DNA of 64,000 nucleotides from Candidatus Multivoradales bacterium (GTDB lineage: Bacteria; Acidobacteriota; Thermoanaerobaculia; Multivoradales; J023). The notes below the pieces were generated by a model, which was not told the origin of the DNA, did no database searches, and saw nothing but the letters and a program-made list of their open reading frames with translations. Location of the stretch: the NCBI GenBank assembly GCA_965248925.1, contig CBDFLE010000006.1:704001-768000 (forward strand), given 5' to 3'. The number at the start of each line of letters is the position of its first letter. Within the stretch, counting starts at the first letter, position 1. A program made the position numbers and the translations under genes. Positions 1 through 9,209 of this stretch are shown piece by piece.

Positions 1-255
1 TGGCTGCGCCGCGGCCTCGCCGCCTTTGCAGCCGACAGCGCAACCCTGGCACCTGTCCCTGAACCGCCTTGGCAGTACTTCGAGTTGCAAAGTCTGCTTG
101 GCGAATGTTTGGCCCGAGACGGCTCGCGGCGTGAGGCCCGCGAGCTAATGCGGCGCAGCCTGGCACGGCTCGAACAATTGCGTCCCGCCGATCTGCCGCT
201 GCTAGCGCGAGCGCGGCAACGGCTGGCGATGACGCAGCCAGACGAGGGAATCTGA
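1..255 (+). CDS. Partial (5'-truncated) protein C-terminus, TPR-like, resembling the tail of a Ser/Thr kinase-TPR protein
   Basis: Frame 1 is open from the window edge to TGA at 253-255; it reads ...WQYFELQSLLGECLARDGSRREARELMRRSLARL..., a helical TPR-type pattern. Confidence 0.5.
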   Translation, partial: WLRRGLAAFAADSATLAPVPEPPWQYFELQSLLGECLARDGSRREARELMRRSLARLEQLRPADLPLLARARQRLAMTQPDEGI

Positions 256-326
256 GCTGCTCGTCGAGCGTAAACCACCGCCCGGGGCCTGATACGAAAC
301 GCAAGGGTTTCTGCGCGTAAACGGGC

Positions 327-869
327 ATGAGCGCATCAAAAAACCCCGTCTATTCCATCGCCCTCCACTTTCTGCTCATCGCCCTGGCCACCGGCACCGT
401 TCTGCTGGCACGCCAGAACAGCGAACTTAACCGCCGACTCAACCCGCCACCACCTCCACCGGCCTTCACCGAGGGGGAAGTGGTCGAGCCCTTCCAGGTA
501 GTCGACCTTGAAGGCATGGCATCACAGATCGAACCCGCCTCGGCTGAGCGTCGACAGCGGGTCTTGGCCTTCTTCACCACCACCTGCGCGGTCTGCCGTG
601 AGAACCAAGAGAGATGGCGCCAACTGTATGAGCAGGCGAGCCAACGGGTCGAGATCACCGGCATCAGCTTCGATCCTCCCGAGGTGACCCGCGCCTACGC
701 CGAGGAAATAGCCATCCCTTTTCCGGTGGTCACGCTGCGCAACCCGGACGATTTTTCGTCCCGCTACCCGGTCGACCGCGTGCCACTGACGGTCAATATC
801 GATGCCGCGGGCAAGGTGCGAAACTCGTGGCTCGGCCTACTTCCCGACGAGGCCTTGGCAAGCATCTGA
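327..869 (+). CDS. Membrane-anchored TlpA/redoxin-family thioredoxin-fold protein
   Basis: N-terminal hydrophobic helix, FFTTTCAVC (CxxC), GISFD and VPLTV cis-Pro-like segment. Confidence 0.8.
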   Translation: MSASKNPVYSIALHFLLIALATGTVLLARQNSELNRRLNPPPPPPAFTEGEVVEPFQVVDLEGMASQIEPASAERRQRVLAFFTTTCAVCRENQERWRQLYEQASQRVEITGISFDPPEVTRAYAEEIAIPFPVVTLRNPDDFSSRYPVDRVPLTVNIDAAGKVRNSWLGLLPDEALASI

Positions 870-1380
870 CCCGCCACGCGGCACCGCCACCCGGCTTTGC
901 CCCACTACTCCACCACACTTCGGGGCCGGTCACCCGCCGGCTCCCCAGCCCCGGTTCGCAGCCCCACTAGTTCCTCCCTCTAGCAGCTGGTTCGCGCGAC
1001 GACGGAGTCACGGTTAAATCTCATATCGACCCGGGACAAAATCGACTCGCATGAATATCCACAATGTAAAAATGTTGAATAGAGAATGCACCTAAGATTG
1101 CGTTTTGCATGTTAAGTTCGAACCGTTCACAGGCGGAATCTTTAGACAATTGGCCCTCGCCGTAAGACTGGATGTAACACTATCCGTGCCACAATCCGAT
1201 CCTGTGGACCTCGTATCAGAACATAGCTTGGGAGAGCCAGTGGAAATATCAGCGGATTTTCGTCCGTCACCCTCGGCGGCAGTCTTGCCGTCGACGAGCG
1301 ACTGCGCTAGGCCGCAATCGCCTCTAGGCGGCGATTTTCCGACCCGGCGACCTCCCTGCATCAAGCTGGGAAGCCGAGAA

Positions 1381-3060
1381 GTGAGCGTTGTTGCGCTATC
1401 CAGCTGGGCTGCCGCCAGACTGCCAACCGGTGGCAGGCTTGATTTCGTCGGCCGGCTCGACAATCGCGAGGCACTTTTGCGTTCGCTACCCGCTCCGCCC
1501 CCCTTAGCCAACGTTGAGGATGCTGACCTCCTAGCCCACGCCTATGGGGCGTGGGGCATCGACTTTCTACGCCGCCTGCTGGGCTCTTTCGCCTTGCTTA
1601 TCTGGGATCCGTCGCGGGGGGTGGTAATTCTCGCTCGCGACCCCCTCGGCGGACGGACTCTCAACTACTCGCTGAGCGCCGACCTGCTGGTCCTCGGCAG
1701 GGACCCGACCGACGTCCTGGATCATCCAAAGATCAGCGACGAGCTAGACCCGGCCTGGTTGGCCGCTTATTTCGCATTGCAAGAGCCAGCCGACGGACGC
1801 ACGACGTTTGCCCGTGTCCGTGAACTGCCGCCAGGCCATTGGCTCGAAGTAGGGGCTCGACACAGCAAGCTGCACTGCTATTGGTCCACGGCGGATTGGG
1901 CCAGACCGCTAGCCAGCGCGCTACCCAGCTCCCCGGGCGAGGTCGACGAAGAGCTTCGACACCTCTTGCGAGCAGCGGTTCGCTGCCGCCTGCAAGGGGT
2001 CGAGAGTCCCGCGCTGCTGATGAGTGGCGGTCTCGATTCTGTTCCAATCGCGGCGGCTGCCAGGGAAATTCTCGGCCCGGCGAAGCGACTCCTGGCGGTG
2101 TCCTGGGTGTTCCCCAACTACCCTCGAGCCGACGAGAGCGAACTCATCGCCAGCGCTGCCGCATGGTGCCAGCTCGATTCGATTTGCTTACCTTGCGACG
2201 ATCAGCTACCGCTCGGCGATTTCGGCAGCTGGCCCCTGCACCCGGCAACACCTGAGCAAAACCCCTACCGACGTTTTCATCAACGGGCCTATGCCGCCGC
2301 CGCCAAAGGTGGCGCGCGGGTAATGCTGTCGGGAATGTGTGGCGATCAGCTGTGGAGTGGCGCCGAGACCTGGCTTGGCGACGCGCTGCGCCGCGGTCAC
2401 CTCAGTGAGGCTCTGCGGGAAATCACCTGGCAGCTACGGCACGGCCGGCTGCTCAGGCCCGAGTTGCCTCGCTGGCTACGAGCGGCTCGCCAACTCTTGC
2501 GCCCGGCTAGTCAATTCCCCTGGCTGACCGCGACGGCCCGACAGCTGGTACCGCCGCAGCGGCAGAACTGCTACCAGCAGTTTCCTCGCCCGCAGCAGGC
2601 AAGGTTGCTGCTCGGCAGCGCCAACGGCCACGGATTCGCGGTCGAAGCAGCCTTCACCCGCCGCGCCGGCATCGAACTGCGCTATCCACTGCGCGATCGG
2701 CGCTTGATTCAGTTGGCATTGGCCCTGCCAACCTCTGCCCTATATGCCCGCGGCATCGAGCGGGTAGCCTGGCGGCGGGCAGTGGCGGACAGCATTCCCG
2801 AGCGCATCGTCCAGCGCCAGGGGAAGGCCACTTTCGTCGACTTGTTCGCCCGCGGCATCTATCAGCGAGACCGGCCGCGAATCGCCGGGCTGCTCTTCAG
2901 CGCCGACGCGATGTGGCCAGCCTATGTCCGCTCGCACATCGTCCGCCGGGCTTGGGAAAATCGCGACACCGGCTTCGCTGGCCTCCAGCTGTGGCTAGCA
3001 CTGTCGTTAGAGCTGTGGTTGAGAAACCGGGCCAGACCGTTTGGAGGACCCACCTTATGA
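1381..3060 (+). CDS. Lasso peptide cyclase (asparagine synthetase-like C protein)
   Basis: GRLDNR, LARDPLG, LPPGH, PP-loop SGGLDS, LSGMCGDQ and ELRYPLRDRRL motifs; no N-terminal catalytic Cys of a true AsnB; the stop overlaps the precursor ATG. Start uncertain (ORF open from 1105; GTG at 1381 preferred). Confidence 0.85.
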   Translation: MSVVALSSWAAARLPTGGRLDFVGRLDNREALLRSLPAPPPLANVEDADLLAHAYGAWGIDFLRRLLGSFALLIWDPSRGVVILARDPLGGRTLNYSLSADLLVLGRDPTDVLDHPKISDELDPAWLAAYFALQEPADGRTTFARVRELPPGHWLEVGARHSKLHCYWSTADWARPLASALPSSPGEVDEELRHLLRAAVRCRLQGVESPALLMSGGLDSVPIAAAAREILGPAKRLLAVSWVFPNYPRADESELIASAAAWCQLDSICLPCDDQLPLGDFGSWPLHPATPEQNPYRRFHQRAYAAAAKGGARVMLSGMCGDQLWSGAETWLGDALRRGHLSEALREITWQLRHGRLLRPELPRWLRAARQLLRPASQFPWLTATARQLVPPQRQNCYQQFPRPQQARLLLGSANGHGFAVEAAFTRRAGIELRYPLRDRRLIQLALALPTSALYARGIERVAWRRAVADSIPERIVQRQGKATFVDLFARGIYQRDRPRIAGLLFSADAMWPAYVRSHIVRRAWENRDTGFAGLQLWLALSLELWLRNRARPFGGPTL

Positions 3061-3263
3061 GCTCAATGAGAGCCACCCCGAAACCCTCTGCTGCGGCAGC
3101 AGCCACCGGCGATGGGAGTTCCAAGAAACTGCGCAAGAGAGCCTACAAGTCGCCTCGGCTGAACGAGTTGGGCGAACTTCTCGACGTCACCATGGGCCCC
3201 TCTCCGGGGCTCGGTGAAAGCGGCAATCCAGCAGTCTTTAGATCCGGCACGAGGAGTCCGTGA
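3057..3263 (+). CDS. Lasso peptide precursor, 68 aa; predicted core GPSPGLGESGNPAVFRSGTRSP
   Basis: Leader motif YKSPRLNELGELLDVT(M) fits YxxPxLxxxGxxxxxT with Thr at -2; core starts with Gly (nt 3195) and has Glu at position 8; ATGA overlap with the cyclase and GTGA overlap with the next gene. Confidence 0.85.
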   Translation: MSSMRATPKPSAAAAATGDGSSKKLRKRAYKSPRLNELGELLDVTMGPSPGLGESGNPAVFRSGTRSP

Positions 3264-6200
3264 TAATCAAGAAATCCCTGAATGGAGGTAGCCAATGGCT
3301 GTTGCTGATGGCCATGCCGGCGGCTCTGCATGCGATCAGCGAGCCTGTCGAAGGCTTGATCTACACCTATGAGAACACCACCTCCGGAGCGGTCGATGAC
3401 GTCGCGACTCCCTGTGTCAGCCCCTTGGTGCGCAGTTTCTCGGTCAGCGACAGCTTCACGGTCAGCGGCATCGCCGTCGGCCTGAACATCGATCACACTT
3501 ACCGCGGCGACCTGGTCGTCACGCTGATCGCCCCCGACGCGACCAGCTTGCAGTTGTTCGCCCAGAACGGCGGTGACGGCGACGACAACCACGATATCTG
3601 GATGTCGACCAACACCGAGGGCGCGCTCGACGATGGAGATGTCGACCCCACCGCCGAACCTTTCTACTCACGGTTGGTCTCGATCGCCGGCCTCGGCGGC
3701 TTCTACACCGGCAACGCATCAGGGACCTGGAGTCTACAAGTCTGCGATTTCTTTGCTGTCGACTCAGGCACCTTCAACCGCGCCCGCCTGGTGCTCTCGA
3801 GCAGCACTGCGGCGACCACCGTCGGCACCTCCTCGGTCACCTACGATTGGGGGGCCAACGGTAACAACGCGGCCTTTGTCGGCGCCACCATCAGCGGTGT
3901 CACCCTGAGTCAGACCAGCACCACGGATTTCGGCGGCGCCGGCACCAACGTGCCGGCCAGCTCGTTCTTCAATCTGCGCACCACCACCACGTCGCTGAGC
4001 GGCGAGTCCGGCTACTACAGCCTCTACATGGATGCTCTGAACATCGTTGGCGCCGGCACCGAGAGCGAGACGGTCGGCGAGCAGACCACCTTCGGCTTCA
4101 GTCCGGAAGTCCGGGATCTCACTTTCGCCCTCAAGGACATTGATTTTCTGAGCACTGACTTCGAAGATCTAATGTGCGTTTTGGGTCTCGACGCTGCCGG
4201 CAACTCGGTACCCTTCACTATCGCCCTCGGCACGGCCCATCAGCTGGCTGGCAATACCATCGAGGGCGATACCGCGACCCCCAACACCCAGACCGAGGCC
4301 TCCGCAACGGTGGTCTTCGATGGGCCGGTGGCCAGTGTGCGAATTGACCATATGCAGAGCGACGACGCGGCGGTCGGCCCAGGTGATCAGCTGGTCGGCA
4401 TCTCCGACTTCACCTTCACCGCTTTTGACTTCGGCGACGCCCCCAGCACTTTCAGCACTCAGCTCGGCGGCGGCGCCCGCCATGTGCTGAGCGACCGCTC
4501 GTTATTCCTCGGAGCAAATCCTCCCGACGGCGAGTCCGACGGTCAGCCCGGCAGCGCCGCGACCAGCGACGACACCACCGCCGTCGGCGGCGTCGATGAT
4601 GAGGATGGCGTCGCCAGCTTCCCGAACTACGACGGCACCAGCTCGACCTACACGGTGAGCGTCACCGCCACCAACCTGTCGACCACCACCGCCGCCAATC
4701 TGGTGGGCTACATCGATTGGAATCGAGATGGCGACTTCGCCGACGCTGACGAGCGCTCGGCGACGGTCTCGATACCGGCCAACACCGCCAGCGCCACCGC
4801 GTTCAATGTCACTTGGTCCTCAGTACCCGCCAACGCGGGCGGCACCACTGCCACTTACGCCCGCTTCCGCATCGCCACCTTGGCCAGCGAAGTCGAATCG
4901 CCCAGCGGCTTGGCGGCCAATGGCGAGGTCGAGGACTACCCGATCATCATCGACACCCTACCGGTCGCGCTGTCCTATTTCCTTGCCGAGCGGCAAGGCA
5001 GCGAACTGATCGTCAACTGGGCCACCGAGACCGAAACCTCGACCGTCGGCTACGCCATCCTCGGACGGGGCAAGAGTGGTTGGCAGCGCCTGCAAGCCAA
5101 GCTGATCCCAGCCCGTGCCCTCGACTCGCTGAAGCCTCAGCACTACCGAATCGAACTGGACGCCGGTGGTTTGGAGACCGGCAGTGACTTGGCGACCGTG
5201 CTGCTCGAAGACTGGGATGTCGAAGGTCGCGCCATACAGTGGGGGCCGTTCGAGATTGGCACCGCCTACGGCCGCCAAAACACCTTGCGGCCGATCGGTT
5301 GGACGAAGATCCGCCACGACGCGGAATCCGCGGTGGTCAGCTCGCGAGCGGCCGCCAAGGCGGTTCCGCGACTCGACAATGGCGCCGTACTGGCCGAACT
5401 GCGAGTCGACCGCGAGGGCCTGCAACGAGTTCTCTTCGAAGATCTGCTCAACGCCGGGGTGGACCTCGAAGGAGTCTCCATCGACCGGCTGCGCTTGCGC
5501 CAGGCCCGCGATCAGCAGCCGATACCGATCACCGTCGCAGGGTCTGCCGGCCGGCCAGAATCCATGGGTCCCGGCGGCTGGATTGAGTTCCGCGGCCTAC
5601 CTCGCGGTGACAACCTCTACACACGCCAACGGGTCTACCAACTGGTGCTGGGCAAGCCAAGGCGGGTGCGCTTGCACGACTCACGGCCCAGGCGCGGCGC
5701 CCTCGAGAGTTACCAGGCGAGCGTGCAGATCGAGCGCGATCTGGTCTACAGCTTGGGCTCCCCCAATGGCGACCCCTGGTTCGAGGCCGCCGTGCTGGCC
5801 CAGGCCAGCCCCGCGGAGCGTCGCTTCACCTTGAACATCGATCAGTTGGCGTCTACCTCCGGCCGCTTGCAAGTCGGCCTTTGGGGAGTCACCAACTGGC
5901 CCGGCGCGGCTCCTGACCACTCGATCGAGATCTACTTCAACGGCACCCTGCTGGCCGCCGAGCGCTTCGACGGCCTGACCCAGCGCGACTTCGATCTGGA
6001 GGTGCCCACAGGAGTGCTGTTGGCAGGAGCCAACGAGCTGACCGTGCGCTTGCCCGGCGATACCGGCTACGCCTTTGACCTGGTCCACATCGATCGCTAC
6101 GAACTGAGTTTCGCCCGCCACTTCGTTGCTCGCGACGGCCGGCTGAGCTTCACCGCCGAGCGGGGCTCGATCACCGTCGAGGGATTGTCTACCCCGGAGG

Positions 6201-7438
6201 TGGTGGTTTACAGCAGTTCGGGAAGAGTGCGTCTGACCGGTGTCGTCGTCGAACCCTCCGGCAGCGGCTGGCGTGCGCGGTTTAGTCTGCCGCGCCTGCG
6301 TCCGGGGGTCGATAGCGAACAGACCTGGGTCGACGTGGTCGAGACCCGGACCTTGGCGACACCTGAGGTCCGCGCGCCCCGCGCGACGGCCGAGGACTTG
6401 CTCACCGGCCCCGCCGACTACGTGATGATCAGCCACCCAGCCTTCACCAACGACCTCGGAGCGCTGATCGCCGCCCGCCTAGCCGAGGGTTTGACGGTGA
6501 AGGTGGTCGACATCTTCGACCTCTACCAAACCTACTCGGGAGGTGAGATCGATCCCGAGGCGATCCGTTCGTACCTGCGCCACGCCGCCCGGCGACTGAG
6601 TACACGCTACGTGCTGTTGGTCGGCGGTGACACCTACGACTATCTGGATCACCTGCGGCTCGGCTCGGTCAGCTTCGTACCCACCTTGTACGCTCAGACC
6701 GACTCGATCGTGCGCTTCTCACCAGCCGATTCCCTACTTGCCGACATCGATGGCGACGGCTTGCAAGACTTGGCGATCGGCCGCCTACCGGCTCGCAGCC
6801 AGTCGGAGCTGCGACTGCTGATCGACAAAACCCTGCGCTATCCCTCGACTCCAGCCGCCGCGGTGCTAGCCGCCGACAGCAGTGACGACCGCCACTTCTC
6901 GACGCTCAGCGAAGAACTAGCGAGCTTCGTGCCGAACGGCTGGCCAGTGACCTCGGCCTACATCGACAGGGATGGGGTCGAGCAGGCCCACGACATCCTG
7001 CTCGAAGCTATCGCCCAAGGGGCCGCGTTGGTCAACTTCGTCGGTCACTCGGGACCCAGCGTATGGTCCTTCCAGGGCTTGTTCTCGACTACCGACAGTG
7101 CCGCCCTGAGCAACACTAGAGCGCCAACGGCGGTGATTCAATGGGGCTGTTGGAACACCTACCACGTCGCCCCCGAATACGACACTCTGGCGCATAGCCT
7201 GCTGCTCTCCGGCAGCCAGGGCGCCGCCGCCGTGGTGGGTTCGGCAACTCTGTCGCAGGAGATCTCGGACCGCCTACTCGGCCCGGCGCTGCTGTCACGA
7301 GCCTTGCAAACCGGCACCCGCCTGGGCGACGCCATCTTGGAGGCCAAGCGGGAAGTAGCGAGCGGTGGCGGAGATCTACGCGACGTGATCGTCGGCTGGA
7401 CCTTGCTCGGCGACCCGGCATTGGTCATCAACCCTTGA
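3260..7438 (+). CDS. Exported multidomain protein: proprotein-convertase P domain, GEVED domain, Ig-like LPVxLxxF module and C25 (gingipain-family) cysteine peptidase
   Basis: Signal-like N-terminus; IDHTYRGDLVVTLIAPD...GTWSLQVCD (P domain); DFGDAP...IDWNRDGDF...NGEVEDY; C25 motifs YVLLVGG, DLAIGRLP, NFVGHS (His), QWGCWN (Cys), WTLLGDPAL. Confidence 0.9.
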   Translation: MIIKKSLNGGSQWLLLMAMPAALHAISEPVEGLIYTYENTTSGAVDDVATPCVSPLVRSFSVSDSFTVSGIAVGLNIDHTYRGDLVVTLIAPDATSLQLFAQNGGDGDDNHDIWMSTNTEGALDDGDVDPTAEPFYSRLVSIAGLGGFYTGNASGTWSLQVCDFFAVDSGTFNRARLVLSSSTAATTVGTSSVTYDWGANGNNAAFVGATISGVTLSQTSTTDFGGAGTNVPASSFFNLRTTTTSLSGESGYYSLYMDALNIVGAGTESETVGEQTTFGFSPEVRDLTFALKDIDFLSTDFEDLMCVLGLDAAGNSVPFTIALGTAHQLAGNTIEGDTATPNTQTEASATVVFDGPVASVRIDHMQSDDAAVGPGDQLVGISDFTFTAFDFGDAPSTFSTQLGGGARHVLSDRSLFLGANPPDGESDGQPGSAATSDDTTAVGGVDDEDGVASFPNYDGTSSTYTVSVTATNLSTTTAANLVGYIDWNRDGDFADADERSATVSIPANTASATAFNVTWSSVPANAGGTTATYARFRIATLASEVESPSGLAANGEVEDYPIIIDTLPVALSYFLAERQGSELIVNWATETETSTVGYAILGRGKSGWQRLQAKLIPARALDSLKPQHYRIELDAGGLETGSDLATVLLEDWDVEGRAIQWGPFEIGTAYGRQNTLRPIGWTKIRHDAESAVVSSRAAAKAVPRLDNGAVLAELRVDREGLQRVLFEDLLNAGVDLEGVSIDRLRLRQARDQQPIPITVAGSAGRPESMGPGGWIEFRGLPRGDNLYTRQRVYQLVLGKPRRVRLHDSRPRRGALESYQASVQIERDLVYSLGSPNGDPWFEAAVLAQASPAERRFTLNIDQLASTSGRLQVGLWGVTNWPGAAPDHSIEIYFNGTLLAAERFDGLTQRDFDLEVPTGVLLAGANELTVRLPGDTGYAFDLVHIDRYELSFARHFVARDGRLSFTAERGSITVEGLSTPEVVVYSSSGRVRLTGVVVEPSGSGWRARFSLPRLRPGVDSEQTWVDVVETRTLATPEVRAPRATAEDLLTGPADYVMISHPAFTNDLGALIAARLAEGLTVKVVDIFDLYQTYSGGEIDPEAIRSYLRHAARRLSTRYVLLVGGDTYDYLDHLRLGSVSFVPTLYAQTDSIVRFSPADSLLADIDGDGLQDLAIGRLPARSQSELRLLIDKTLRYPSTPAAAVLAADSSDDRHFSTLSEELASFVPNGWPVTSAYIDRDGVEQAHDILLEAIAQGAALVNFVGHSGPSVWSFQGLFSTTDSAALSNTRAPTAVIQWGCWNTYHVAPEYDTLAHSLLLSGSQGAAAVVGSATLSQEISDRLLGPALLSRALQTGTRLGDAILEAKREVASGGGDLRDVIVGWTLLGDPALVINP

Positions 7439-8397
7439 GCGAGGCCGCTGCCTCGGCCACCAACATCACCAGCGCCAGCGCCGGCGACATCGCCAACCCG
7501 GCACCGGTGCTGACCCTGTGTTTGCACCGCCGGGCGCAACTTGGCTGGCGCTACCGCCTAGCCGGTTTAGACCTGCTCTGCGATCACCCGCTGAGCGAGC
7601 TGGAGACCGTGACCGCGGTCCGTCAGGCTGCCCCCGCGCCAACCGTCTTCGAACCTCGAGCCGGCCACCGCGTTTTCCACGACCAGGCTTGGGTGGGCGG
7701 TAGCCAGCTGCGCCTAGCTACCTGGTGGGATGGTGATCGCTGCTGGATCGAGCTCGCCGATCAGGCCGCCATCGGCATTGATCGCTCGACCGGCAACCTC
7801 TGGGTTTTTCGCCGCCACCCCCATCCTGATCCACGCTGGCTGGAGCATTGCTTGCTGGGGCCGCCCCTGCTACTCGGCCTGGCCAGCCGAGGCACCTTCG
7901 CCTTGCACGCTTCGGCGATCGATGTCGAGGGCCAGCTGGCCCTCGTCGTCGGCCCCTCGGGGGCCGGCAAGTCGACCCTCGCCGCCGCCGCCCGCGACGG
8001 CTGCAAGCGTTGGGCGGACGATCTGGTGCCGGTAGCACTCGGCGACCGAGAACTCGTCGCCTGGGCCGGCTTTCCCCAGCTCAAGCTATCCCGGTCACAG
8101 CGCCGCCGATTGCTGCTGGGGCCGGGTCAACGACCGGTGGCGGCGGTCTTCATCTTGCAGCCAGCCCGAGCCACAGATCCGCCCCGCTGCACTCGCTGGA
8201 CGGGAATCGAGGCGGCTGCCGCTTGGCTGCGCCACACCATGGTGAGCCGGCTCTTCGACTCCACCCTGCTGGAGAGCCATCTCGACTTCGTCGCCGAGGC
8301 CAGCCGCAGAGTGCCGACCTTCGGCTTGCGGGTACCCCGCGACCGCCGCCGCCTGGGTGAGGTTCAGCGGCTCCTAGAGCAAACTCTAGCCGCTTGA
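7435..8397 (+). CDS. HPr kinase-related P-loop kinase (lasso-peptide kinase-like)
   Basis: LHASAI, GPSGAGKST (Walker A) and WADDL motifs of the HprK/PadeK-like family; TTGA overlap with the C25 gene. Confidence 0.8.
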   Translation: MSEAAASATNITSASAGDIANPAPVLTLCLHRRAQLGWRYRLAGLDLLCDHPLSELETVTAVRQAAPAPTVFEPRAGHRVFHDQAWVGGSQLRLATWWDGDRCWIELADQAAIGIDRSTGNLWVFRRHPHPDPRWLEHCLLGPPLLLGLASRGTFALHASAIDVEGQLALVVGPSGAGKSTLAAAARDGCKRWADDLVPVALGDRELVAWAGFPQLKLSRSQRRRLLLGPGQRPVAAVFILQPARATDPPRCTRWTGIEAAAAWLRHTMVSRLFDSTLLESHLDFVAEASRRVPTFGLRVPRDRRRLGEVQRLLEQTLAA

Positions 8398-8507
8398 GAG
8401 TCTTTCTGAATAAGCCGCTCAAGGCGGCTTCCCGAGCGCCGCGGGCTTCGGGATCGCCTCCACATGTAGTATCTTCGTCCGCCAAGAGCACTACATCTTG
8501 AGGCCCA

Positions 8508-9191
8508 GTGGGGAAGGAAGCCACCTTGACTCAGATCCAGACCACCCAGTTCGAGAATCTCTTCATCGGCATCGCCGGCATGATCGGCGCTGGTAAATCG
8601 ACTCTCGCCACGCTGCTCGCAGAGCATCTCGAGATCGATGTCTACTACGAGCCGGTGAAAGAGAACGAGTACCTGGAAGACTTCTACCGCGACACGCCGC
8701 GCTACGCCTTCGCCACCCAGATCTACTTGCTCAACCGCCGCTTCCAGCAGCACCAGGAGATCATTTGGCGCGGCCGCTCGGCGGTCCAGGACCGCACCAT
8801 TTACGAAGACTCGATCTTCGCCAAGATGCTCGCCACCTCGGGTTTGATGGACGAGCGCGACTACCGCACCTACACCCAGCTGTTTCGCCACATGTCGAAT
8901 TTCATGTGCAAGCCGAACGTCATCGTCTACCTTGATGTCGATCCCCAGAAGTCGCTCGAACGAATCCGTTCGCGCGGTCGTAAGATGGAGAACAGCATCT
9001 CCTTGGAGTACCTCACCGCCCTCTACCAGGGCTACGAAGAGTTCATCGAGGACATCTCACGGATCATCCCGGTCATCCGCGTCGACTACGAACGCTTCGC
9101 CACCGCCGAAGAGATGGCCGAGGTGATTCAGCGCGACTACCTGGATCAGAGCTTCTTGCGCCAAGCGACGCGGTTTGACGTGACCCGTTGA
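8508..9191 (+). CDS. Deoxynucleoside kinase
   Basis: IAGMIGAGKST, YEPV, QDRTIYEDS, RIRSRGRKME, YLTALYQGY motifs. Confidence 0.92.
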   Translation: MGKEATLTQIQTTQFENLFIGIAGMIGAGKSTLATLLAEHLEIDVYYEPVKENEYLEDFYRDTPRYAFATQIYLLNRRFQQHQEIIWRGRSAVQDRTIYEDSIFAKMLATSGLMDERDYRTYTQLFRHMSNFMCKPNVIVYLDVDPQKSLERIRSRGRKMENSISLEYLTALYQGYEEFIEDISRIIPVIRVDYERFATAEEMAEVIQRDYLDQSFLRQATRFDVTR

Positions 9192-9209
9192 AGGAACTCG
9201 CTCCCTGAG

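Noticed and set aside
870-1380. Missing lasso B1/B2 gene upstream of the cyclase
   Set aside because: No frame shows PqqD-like or transglutaminase-like motifs; the AT-rich 1010-1150 stretch looks like a promoter region
1105-3060. Housekeeping asparagine synthetase AsnB
   Set aside because: No N-terminal Cys glutaminase motif, and it is coupled to a lasso-type precursor
3260-7438. C25 protease as a direct replacement for the B2 leader peptidase
   Set aside because: It appears to be exported, and characterised gingipains cut after Arg/Lys, whereas the leader junction is Met-Gly and cyclisation needs cytoplasmic ATP; disfavoured but not excluded
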